The position numbers and the translations under genes are program-made. A stretch of 61,663 nt of DNA, counting the filler, from Choristocarpus tenellus KU-1152 (Eukaryota; Protista; Phaeophyceae), in NCBI GenBank assembly GCA_964200185.2. It is 7 parts of 7 records of this genome, joined end to end, with 100 filler letters (N's around TTAATTAATTAA, not from the genome) between each part and the next. Parts side by side here need not be neighbours in the genome. Positions count along the whole stretch, not along the records: positions 51,243 to 57,598 come from CAXNAD020008316.1; positions 57,699 to 61,663 come from CAXNAD020016893.1; 5 more parts are not named here. One strand, written 5' to 3'. The notes beneath the pieces are model-generated. The model worked only from the letters and a program-made list of their open reading frames with translations, was not told where the DNA came from and did no database searches. Within the stretch, counting starts at the first letter, position 1. Each line of letters starts with the position of its first letter. Shown here in pieces: positions 51,680 to 61,663 of this stretch.

Positions 51680-53002
51680 GGTTCAAATCGGAAATATACA
51701 TACACAACCCCGAACCGTCTTGGACGTGCTACGGAATTTGAGGGCCTCTGCCGTTGTCAGAACACATTAAATTCATTCATTATTATCAGCCTAGTGTCAA
51801 TCGCAAACCCGCGCGTGATTCCTCTCCCAACATCCATCTGGGTCAGCACGTAAATTCCTTTCATCTTCATACATCACTCTCTCGGTCCTACGTTATGTTA
51901 ATCTGCTCGGGTTGTTACAAGTTCAAATCGACACACACACCCCCGAACCATTTTGGACGTGCTACGGAATTTGATGGCCTCTGCCGTTGGTCAGAACACA
52001 TGATACTATCAGCCTAGTGTGAAGCACAAACCTGTGCGTGATTCCTCTCCCAACATCCAATCTGGGTCAGCACGTAAATTCGTTTCATCTTCTTCTATCA
52101 CTTTCTCGGTTAGACGTTATGTTTACATGCTCGGGTTGTTACAAGTTCAAATCGACACACACACCCTCGGCCTTCAGGCCGCGCTCCTTCATTTGATCGC
52201 CTTTGTCGTTAGTCAGAACACAGGAAATTCATTCATTGTTATCAGCCTAGTGTCATGCGCAAACCTGCGCATGATTCCTCTCCCAACATCCAATCCAGGG
52301 CAGCACGTAAATTCGTTTCATCTTCTTCTATCACTTTCTCGGTTAGATATATGTTTATATGCTCGGGTTGTTACAAGTTCAAATCGAGTTAAAGTATCTT
52401 AGAGGGTAGGGCCTCGTCCATTCGGGGTCAAAATCCAATGTTGTGATTTTGATGTAATTTTGGCTATCGTGTTTGTTAGTAAGTGTCAATATCCTTGTTC
52501 CGAACACACATTTTCATGACTTACACATTTTACCTACTCTGAAACATTTTGGAGTAGGAAAATGTCAAAAAAATACGCCATGGGAAGTCAGGCCCCAAAT
52601 GGACAAAGAGGGCAAAACTCGTACCCTCTAAGATACTTTCACTCAATCGACACACACACCCTCGACCTTCTAGCCGCGCTCCTTTATTTGATCGCCTTAT
52701 GCCATCGGTCAGAACACAGGAAACTATTTTATTATTATTATCCTAGTGTCACGCGCAAATCTGCGCGTGATTACTCTCCCAACATCCAATCCGGGGCAGC
52801 ACGTAAATTCGTTTCATCTTCTTCTATCATTTTCTCGGTTAGACGTTTTGTTTATCTGCTCGGGCTGTTACCAGTTCAAATCGACACACACGCCCTCGAC
52901 CATGTAGCCGCGCTCCTTTATTTGATCGCCTTTGCCGTTGGTCAGAACACATGAAATTTATTCATTATTATCAGCCTAGTGTCAAGCGCAAACCTGTGCA
53001 TG
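51680..53002. repeat. Tandem array of ~225-240-bp units (~5 copies)
   Basis: GTTCAAATCG(ACACACAC) anchors lie at ~51681, 51921, 52146, 52377 and 52874; the last interval includes a MITE. Shared blocks include GATTCCTCTCCCAACATCCA and CAGCACGTAAATTCGTTTCATCTTC. Confidence 0.92.
52386..52644 (+). mobile_element. MITE family A inserted in the tandem array, TSD AATC
   Basis: Empty units read CAAATCGACAC; the filled unit reads CAAATC[GAGTT...CACTC]AATCGACAC. Confidence 0.95.
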
Positions 53003-53478
53003 ATCGCCCCTGCTATATCTGATCTTGATCTGTGCGTAGGTTCACACCAGGTTGCGTCAGATATTGTTACGTTTTATTGATATTCATATCCATCCCAGGG
53101 CGACCGTGTTAACAGTTTCATATTTCTTGGTAAATAAGTTCCTGGTAGCAAAGTGTTACGCCGTCCCCATTTCCACGCAATTGCTACGTTCTTTTCATAT
53201 CTCCCTTGCTTAGCCCATTCACGGACACGAACACTGCACTCCGTGCAGAACCCGCGTCATCATTAATCACATGGTCCACCACTGTTCATATGAATATACC
53301 CCTCATGCACTCGGCTAACCGTCGCATCCACCCCTTCCTGGACATCATTGATCTTTGCTGATACAATTGTCCGAACATTCCCCTCCGTCCTCACAGACAG
53401 CCGACCGGAGGTCCGAAAACTACTGAAGACCTACGGACGACATATATCGTAACATCCAACATCAGCGCCACCTGCACG

Positions 53479-54993
53479 ATGGATCTTGCAACATCTGCCT
53501 ACATGACACAGAGGTATAATGCTAACCTCCTGGACACCAATCGAGTGGAGTCCATGTTCTCCAAGCTAGGGCCGTGCCCAATTGTCGCTACCGATAGGCT
53601 GGTGGCTATCCTGAGTGGACAGCCTTTTTCCATGTGCTACAGATGGAAGACTATAAGCGACATGAAAGTCGACATGCACAGGGCGAATGTGCCCTCTGAT
53701 GTGCCTGATGGCGATCCACTTGCAACCTACATCACCAACGGCAACCTCGACATAGACGAGAATGGCAACGAGAGGGATATAGATGACGACGACAACCTCT
53801 TATTTTGCCTGAACGGATAACACCGCATAATGGTGCTGAGGACAATCGTATGCTGTTGTCACTCACAAGAGAGGGTGAACGTTTACAACCACAATATGAG
53901 GCCAAGCGAAAAGCGCGTACATATTGATTGTAACAAAACCCCCACGAAGACGCCTTCCAAGAAGGAAAAAGGGAAGCAAAAAAGGATCCTGATTAGGAAA
54001 AGGAGGGTCAGAGAAGATTCCGAAGACGAGGGGGACGGAGCCGACAGGTCCTCTTTCACATGTCCAGAGGAACTTCCTGTAGAGGACGTGAGGGGGTCGC
54101 GAGGCAAGGACTCGGAGTCTACGCCTGTCCGGAGTGAAACAGGGATGTCTCCAAACGCCCATTTGGTGGGCAGCGGCGACGATGATGCAAAGGTGCCTTG
54201 GAACATGTACGACCATGGTGTGAGGCCAAGTGAGAACCGTGAGAGTTCCACAACCCAGAAGGGCAAGCCTTCCGGGGAGGGAGAAGTCCGGGTTTCTAGG
54301 ACAGTAATTAGGAAAAAGAGGGCGAGAGAGGATGCTGGACAGACGAAACGTTTGAAACAACCTGTTGATCCTGATGGCAGCGCAATAGAACCTGACTTTC
54401 TCGATGACGTCTTCGCTTCTGCCAAAATGGGCAGATGCATGGTACCTCCATGTTCACTCACATCGACGGACGACGATGACAACAAAAGCTCATCTTGTGG
54501 TGAGGAGGATTGCGTCACACATGACGCGGCCGACTCCGGCGATTCGTCCGATGTGGGGATCACCGAAGCCTTCATGGAGGCGTGCGTCACCAAGCTCCTA
54601 CGATCTGCAACGAAACCTGCTTCTACACAATATTGAGTGCAGACGCAAATCCTAACCCAAGTCATTTACGATCACGGGTTCAGGCTCGCGAAGGCCGGTA
54701 AAGGGGCCGCTTCTCTTCTTTTCGGGGACGAGTGCTACGTACATGGGCCCAAGCAGGTGAAACTCGGAGATCGTGGAGGGAGGGCAGGCAATACGTTGCG
54801 CCCCGAGCATGTGAAAGCGCTTCAGACGAAGAAGGCTATCTTCTTGAGGCTCGTGAAGCCCGAGCCTTGGAACGACAGGTACTCCACGCACCTAAATCTA
54901 TGGCACCTTCTTGTCGAGGCATACCCTAAGCTCACAGAGTGGTGGGACAAGGGTAACGAATGCAATTTCGAGTCCACCCAGCAATTGAAATAG
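53479..54993 (+). pseudogene. Disrupted unknown gene, probably transposon cargo
   Basis: ORFs 53479-53820, 53830-54636 and 54637-54993 are GC-richer, share one frame and are separated only by single stops. The translation has basic NLS-like (IRKRR, IRKKR) and acidic stretches. No family recognised. Confidence 0.45.
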
Positions 54994-55761
54994 GGCTTCG
55001 GTCCTTCAGGTTTTCTGTTCAAGTACGGGTAGAGTTGCAGGTTGTGCAGATTAATGCATAAGTGTATCTTTCCATGGTGTTAGAGTCTGATTTTCATGCA
55101 CTTTGCATCCCACAAGTTATGCATTTAGATAGTGGAACAAAATATAAGTAGCGACCGGTCAGAGTCGTCAGCGTATAATATATCATACTCACGATGAGGA
55201 CCAGACCTGTCTTATCATTTGTTTTAAAAAGCATGTCTGCTGCAATGTTACATCCCTAAAATATAATACATCGATCAAACAACTCTTCTCCATCCGCCCG
55301 GCTAGCCTTCCCAAATGATTTTCGTCAAGGGCAGCGATGAATACCCTGTCCTTCAGTGAGCCATTGTTTATTCGTTGTACACGATCACGCACCCTCCCCC
55401 TATTATTTTCAATACTGTATGCACCACCTCTTTCTTTGCCCAACTGTCGACGAACTAATTTCGATCAAGTGCAGTCATTCAAATCGTAGGGAATCATATG
55501 CCGAAATTCACCCACGATGCCCTAACCACAGCACCAGCCCAGAACCTGTGGAAGAAGTGCACCTCAAACTACTTTCCTCAGAACATACGAAAAACAATTA
55601 TTTGACCAATAACCACTCGTACACACTAAGTATTCCGTCGCCACCTTTTGCCGTGCCTCGTACCAACAACTTCAACCCAACAACCACGTCTTACTGCATA
55701 CAACATACAACACACGCACACAAACAAATAGAAGTCATAGACTTAAACGGTGCAACAAACA

Positions 55762-56018
55762 GAGTGAAGGTGTCTTAAAAAGCACGAATTTTGCCCTACT
55801 TGTCCCTTTAGTGCTTGACTCCCAACGCCTTTCTTATGACATTTACCTACTCTGAAACGTTCTTAACTAGGAACATACATACGTTATGAAAAAGGTGCGT
55901 CCAGAAGAACGATATTGACACTTGCTAACATACACGATAGCCAGATATACACCAAAATCAAAATTCTGATGTTTGGTCCCCATTTAGACATTTTTTAATC
56001 CCCTCAGACATTTTATAT
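55762..56018 (-). mobile_element. Degenerate MITE family A copy
   Basis: GAGTGAAGGTGTCTTAAAA... with body similarity (ACATTTACCTACTCTGAAAC, GATATTGACAC). Confidence 0.6.
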
Positions 56019-57698
56019 CCGTATGTTTTGGTTCGTCGTGCCCACGTGGAGAGAACACACCCAAACAAACAATCCTCTATGTGATCGTTTCATAAACAAC
56101 CAATGCAAACAAACCAACGAACAGAGCAACCTCGGAGCAGACAAAATCATTTTTTTGTATTCCTCGTAAACAACGGCAAAACACACCCTAACTGGAAACC
56201 CTCTTTGGGTGCAAATCAAATCCCAGTCGTACACAAAAAAAATAAAACGAAACAGCCTCCCAAGTACACCTCTTCTTCTTCATCATATAACTGCGCAACC
56301 AACACACAAAAACCAATAGACCTATTCGAACAGACTCGACATCTGACACATGCAAACGTACAAACTCCTCCCCCAATCGAAACCCGATTATCAAATGGTG
56401 GCATACATCCCCGTTATACCTACTACGCAAGGACAGAAACGAACCTAACCAACAGTCTTTTTTTGCTGACATCTCAAATCCGACACGTGCAACCAAATCA
56501 CACCAAAAAGGGAAAACTCGAAAGAGAGTGAAAAACGAACGCTGACACCCCCCCCCTAAGATACTTTGTCCCCATCTTTTACTCCTGTCCTCGCGGATCA
56601 TCTCCATCCTGTGTGATGATGATGATCTGACAAATGAGGAAGCGGTGGGTATATCAATTGCTCTTGCACACTACACCCCCACCACTCCATTCTGACCCCC
56701 TCCCTCTTTTCCTCCTTGACACAGGTGGTGTCATGGGTGTCATTCCAAATGTACGGACTGTGTAATCAGTGTCATCGCTGCCGTGATTATCGTCACCATC
56801 CACACCGCCGACGTCACCCCTGTACACGTCACAATCAAAGCATTTGCCTGTGAAAACCAATCCAATGCTTTGGAAGCAGCATGTAGGATATAGCGAAAAC
56901 TTATTCATCACCAATTCCTAGGAATATCCTACCTTGAAACCAAAGCAGCTATACAGTTGCAGAAAGAACCTTCGCTTAAATGTGGTATCGCTTTGTGTGT
57001 GAAAGGGGGAACACCAATCTTGCTTACATATTTTACACATAAAGCAACGAAATAGAGTGTATTTATTGCACAGGATAAGAAAGATGACGTATAATGCAAA
57101 ATGGAACAAACCTGCCTATCTCTCAATTGATTTGGCTCATTAGCCCTCACCCTCCAATTTCGTCACAAAAATGCTGGGCAAAAAACAAAGGCATTGGCAA
57201 CAGAAACAGCACAACCAACCTATGACTGATCAACGTACACCCAACATTCCCCCTCCTTAAAAAAGATTTTCACACATATTTTGGTTGGCAATCACTCTAC
57301 ACTTACTTGGCCTAGTCTGTAATTTTTTATTTATGTATGCCACGGAGTATCCAAGGTTTTAACCAAAGGGACATAAACTACCACTGACTGCTTGATCAAT
57401 ACTGCGTTCCTAGGTGCTGCTTTTATCATCCTAGATCCTCTGATTGTAGCATTTAAAGAGTACTACCTAACTAATACCTTTTACTAACCGTAGTTACTCA
57501 ATTCCTCCATGTATGTATGCTAAGGGCTAATAATGGGGCTGACAGGAACCGCATAGTGACTCAAAGTATCTGGGAGGGGGTGGCGGCTGTCCATTTGGNN
57601 NNNNNNNNNNNNNNNNNNNNNNNNNNNNNNNNNNNNNNNNNNTTAATTAATTAANNNNNNNNNNNNNNNNNNNNNNNNNNNNNNNNNNNNNNNNNNNN

Positions 57699-57767
57699 AC
57701 CCATGAGAAGCCAAGTCCCAAATGGACAAACAGGGCAAAACTCGTACCCTCTAAGATACTTTCACTC
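57699..57767 (+). mobile_element. MITE family A right end at contig start
   Basis: AAATGGACAAACAGGGCAAAACTCGTACCCTCTAAGATACTTTCACTC. Confidence 0.85.
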
Positions 57768-58180
57768 TTTTTTGTAGGATGAACTAATGGTTCGATGACT
57801 GTGGCTAGGTTAGGTACAAATTTACGCACAAAATTAACCATAACTAGGACAGATCGAAGTTCTTTGATAGTGGTGGGAATAGGTGATTCAGTTGTAGCAC
57901 GAACCCGATCTTCACGGGTAAGAATCTCTTCAGACAACCAAAGGTGATCCAGACAAAAAGACTTCCTTATGTCCAAATTGGATCTTTGACAGTTTCATGG
58001 TTAAACTTCCTCCTTGCAAAGCTTTGAACTGCTGCTTTAAGAAATGCAAATGTCCTTCCGATGAGGGAGAACAAGCAATCAAACAATCCGTATATACAAG
58101 CAAACTACTCATTGGGTCAAAGTTGGAAAAGGCTAACGACACGATTCTTTGAAATTGCCAGAGCATTTGATATCCCAAAA
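57768..58180 (-). mobile_element. Ty3/gypsy reverse transcriptase remnant
   Basis: FQRIV...LVYTDCLI (decayed YxDD)...HLHFL...KLSKIQFG, followed by PTTIKELRSVLVMVNFVRKFVPNLATVIEPL (RT-RNase H connection). Frameshifted. Confidence 0.85.
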
Positions 58181-58348
58181 GGCATCTTCATAAAAAATTA
58201 TTTATACAGAATACAATATGAATTATGGTAATATGTAATCAAAAAGCATTCAGGATCATGGTTCATATCTTAGTGGGACATTTGAAAGCATTCGAGTTTT
58301 GATGTCCACACATGTTCGAGATGTTTCCCTATATATTGATGGACCTTT

Positions 58349-58535
58349 GCTCGAAGTATCTGGGGGAGGGGGAGAGGTCTACACCAGGGTGTCCATTCGA
58401 GTCTTCCTAACCAGGAGACGCGAACTTACATTATCCATCCAACACATGAGACCAAATCACCCAAAAATAATCGCGACATGGAAAAATGGACCCAGAATGG
58501 ACAACCCCACCCCCCCCCCCCAGACACTTTCAGCC
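58349..58535 (+). mobile_element. MITE family B copy
   Basis: GCTCGAAGTATCTGGGGGAGGG ... CCCCCAGACACTTTCAGC with (C)TTT on both sides. The body is similar to 40878-41057. Confidence 0.8.
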
Positions 58536-58816
58536 TTTCTAGAAGCGTAGTAAGTGTTCGGGGTTTGTGATTCCTTCTAGAAGCAACAGGTGCTAAACCA
58601 AGCCCCAACCTCTTTAATATTGTCACTCTTCTCTTTTCAACCATGTGATCACATTCAGCAAAGGGGGATTGCGTGAGGCTCCCATCTCTTCTCTCTTCTT
58701 CAATCCTGACACAAACAGCAGCCTAAATCTGCACAGGTTAGGAGCCTCAACGGTATGAAGAATGGCATATGAAGGGAAGTTAATCTGGATTGGGGCACCA
58801 GGACAATCGATGGAGA

Positions 58817-58961
58817 GGGACAAAGTATCTGGGGGGTGGGGGTAGTTTGTCAGGGGGCGTCCGTTTCGGTCCAGTGAATTGCTAAAAAATCGTAGCAATT
58901 CGTCCAGACCGAAACGGATGCCCCTTCATAAACCACCACCCCCCCCAAGATACTTTCACCC
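58817..58961. mobile_element. MITE family C, almost fully palindromic (~145 bp)
   Basis: GGGACAAAGTATCTGGGGGG...GGGGCGTCCGTTTCGGTC...GAATTGCTA / TAGCAATTC...GACCGAAACGGATGCCCC...CCCAAGATACTTTCACCC. Confidence 0.8.
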
Positions 58962-59339
58962 AGCCACCGTCCTCTTATGATGTATTTTGGACTAAAATGC
59001 ATTTAGGACCTACGCTTGGCGCTTGAGTGGGTGTAGGCAATGTTATTATGGCTCAAGGAAGTTACCGTTGGGTTCAAAGTTTGGAGTCGGGGTGGTTGCG
59101 GCCGCTTGGTTTGGGTGTGGAAGAGAGGTAATCTATTGTGGAAATCTCGACTTGTGCTGAAGATGGTGGTGTGGAGTATGCGATGCTTGTGCGTCAACGT
59201 ATTTCTGGTAAGGTTTCTGCCAATTGCTCTGTGGTCCGATCAACGCAAAGGGAGGGAAAAGGATTGGGGCATGGCAGTAAAGTTATTAGAGGGTGGCAGA
59301 ACGCACTAATGGAGATGAAATCTAGGTTGCCACCAGGCC

Positions 59340-61390
59340 AATAAAAACATGTGTATGAGGACACATAAAGACAAACTCTTCGAGAGGATAATAAGTTCAA
59401 TGTACCAAATGCATAAGTCCGCTGATTTAGAGATCGTCCGATCTCTCCATCATAACATGTCTCTCGAGGTATGTGTCGGACTGGCGAAGTAGAGGGTGAC
59501 TCACGAACAGAAACCGGCCTATGTTGCTCCTCAAAGCCGTGTCTGTCATCAGTATGGTGGCAGTGTAGGACCTTTCCAGAACCATGCCCGTGTAGGAGCG
59601 TCTTGATCAATACTGTAGTATTGACAAGAAGCTGCATATTTTGCAAGCCATTCTCCCATTTGACCCTGCAAGGATTACTGACTTGCTCCTCTCTAACTCT
59701 CACCATGTAGTGGGACTTGTACTTGGTCACGGTCCCTCACATCCGCTGATCGTCCCATCTGAAGTATAGTCCCCTGCTCTTGGCCCTGGCATTTGAGTGT
59801 TTCTCCCTCATCTAAATCCGGCGCATAATTCAGTGTCGGTTCAAGGAGTATATATTTCAATGTATCCTTGTCCATGTCCCTACACTCCGCTGGCGGTCAA
59901 CAATGGACCGACTGCGTTGTCTGACACACACAGGGCTGCAGCCTCGTCACTGTCCCTCTTGTTCTTCTCTTGAAGTTGGTTGACGCCCTCCTCGATCTCG
60001 ACCTCTGTCATGTACGACTCCAGTTGAGGGGGAAAATATGTTTTCGCCATCGTCTGGGAGGTAGGACACAGAGTAAATGTACGCCCCTGAACCATCTACG
60101 TGAACATCGCTGACCTTCCCCTGTACGATAACCCCCCCACTCGCGCGTAGGATGAAGCTGGTTCCTCGACCAAACCTGGCATCGGATGTGTTCCCAAGTC
60201 TGAGTTGCCTAGAGAAGCGAGCAGGTATCCCACCGAGGGATTGCCAGTTGGATTCCGACGTGAACCTCTGGTATTGACCAGGCAGGATCGTGAATGTGTT
60301 GTCCAGGTGGTTGTGGTCGATGTCTGTGAAGTCTGGGATAATGATAACCTGAAGAGGCACGACGTGGGGACCCGGTTGTGCGTCTTGCATCACCACAAAA
60401 ATGTTCGTTGCAGGGGCTGTGTTGGTGTGTAGGACTATTGGCTCGTGTTTGCGCGCGATGGCCTTGTTTGGTTGTATAGGGGTATTGTTTGTTGATCCTT
60501 TTGAGAAACGGATAGTTTTATGTATGATAGAGGATACACTTAGGCAGCGGAATGAACGAATGGGATGCGCTTATTTGCCCTACGTTAGTTATAAAATAAT
60601 ATGTGAAAGGCGTCAGTAGCGGTTGCAGATTGGGAGAACAAAATTACACTGGTTTGGATGCCAGTATTGGATGTTATGGGAGGAATCTATGTTGGTTAGA
60701 GGGGATATAAAGGGATATGTGACATTTGTACGTGGAGAGCATGGATTCATTCGTGTGGGGCATTGTTTTGTTAGAAGCAATAAGAAGCGTTTCTCACCTT
60801 GCCTGCCCGTGACATGTGAATAGTTGGCACTCCGTCAACGAAGCTAGCACTCAGCACCTCGAAGTCTTCAGTGACAAAGACGACCTCATCTCCAGCACTG
60901 AATATCCCTCCATAGCTGGAGTGGTGTATGGCGCTCCATTGAATCGTGTCCTTGCGGTGGACAGCAAACGGCAAGAACTCTATACCATTGTACTCCGATG
61001 GCTATGTCCGCACAATGCATACGTTCCCCTCGGCGAGCTGTCTCTTCTTCCCTGACAGCTGACTTCTCAGATACATATCACCCATTCCCACACTTCCGTG
61101 GAAAATCCGAGGTCTATCTCCCTAAGCGGGGGCACGTGGATTGGTTGCCACCTGCATTGGGCGAGGTTGCCGATGGAACAGTTCATGCAGTAGCATGACA
61201 GTTCAGAGTATATCAATGTATGGGAGTCTCCGGTGGTGGATCGACCAGTGAAGAACCTGTGCATGGACTTTATGCCACCGAGGTTTGGAACACGTGGGTC
61301 GTGTCGTCCCGCACGGTCGATCTTGTAGGACGGAAGGCGGACTATTTCCTGTGTGCGGAACGTGTCGATGTATAGAAGTTTAGTATGCAT
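59340..61390 (-). pseudogene. Frameshifted coding remnants, likely from a DNA transposon
   Basis: Overlapping minus-strand ORFs with protein-like composition. 61390-61067 contains GIKSMHRF...ELSCYCMNC...C. Confidence 0.35.
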
Positions 61391-61663
61391 GTTACTGTGC
61401 TGTCTTCCGTCCCTGTCCGTCCAATGCTAAGGGTTGTGGTGATTATGCTTATAAGTTGAGGGGTGGTACATATTGGAGTCAGTGTCGGCACTGAGGCAGT
61501 GAGTGTGCTGGGACCGATTCGATGTGATGGCATTTTCTTTGGAGTGATATGTGCTACTTATTGCTGCAACGAGCGTTTGGTAATGACAGATGGCAGTGTG
61601 TGATGAAGCCCAAAACTTGGAGGTTTGTGTTAGTTTGAACCCAAAGTATCTGGGAGGGGGGGG

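Noticed and set aside
53883-54665. 260-aa minus-strand ORF and other long antisense ORFs (e.g. 1265-1657, 22354-22818, 26524-27024)
   Set aside because: Ser/Pro-rich antisense shadows of coding sequence on the opposite strand.

Overview
This is a eukaryotic nuclear sequence, most likely from an ochrophyte (brown-alga-like), judged from the spliceosomal introns, an AQA-F bipartite plastid presequence and brown-algal-style LINE remnants. It is not one continuous locus: six identical artificial linkers (44 N + TTAATTAATTAA + 44 N) join seven contigs. Host genes rebuilt by hand from splice sites are a nuclear-encoded plastid ribosomal protein S1 (+), the DEAH helicase DHX35 (-), one XPF/ERCC4 exon (+), a 5'-truncated OFCC1-like gene (+) and a U2 snRNA (-). 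The rest is rich in transposons: RTE-like LINE, Ty3/gypsy and pogo remnants, plus several MITE families that share a G-N4-AAAGTATCT terminus, with 4-bp TSDs in the best-preserved copies (Sola2-like by inference). The most unusual element is a decayed ~7.7 kb multi-exon gene (22372-30033, -). It appears to fuse a ParB/Srx-like domain, a Cys/His finger, a degenerate beta-class DNA amino-methyltransferase fold and a SET-like domain. Several introns appear to use GC donors. All homology calls come from recalled motifs; no database search was run.
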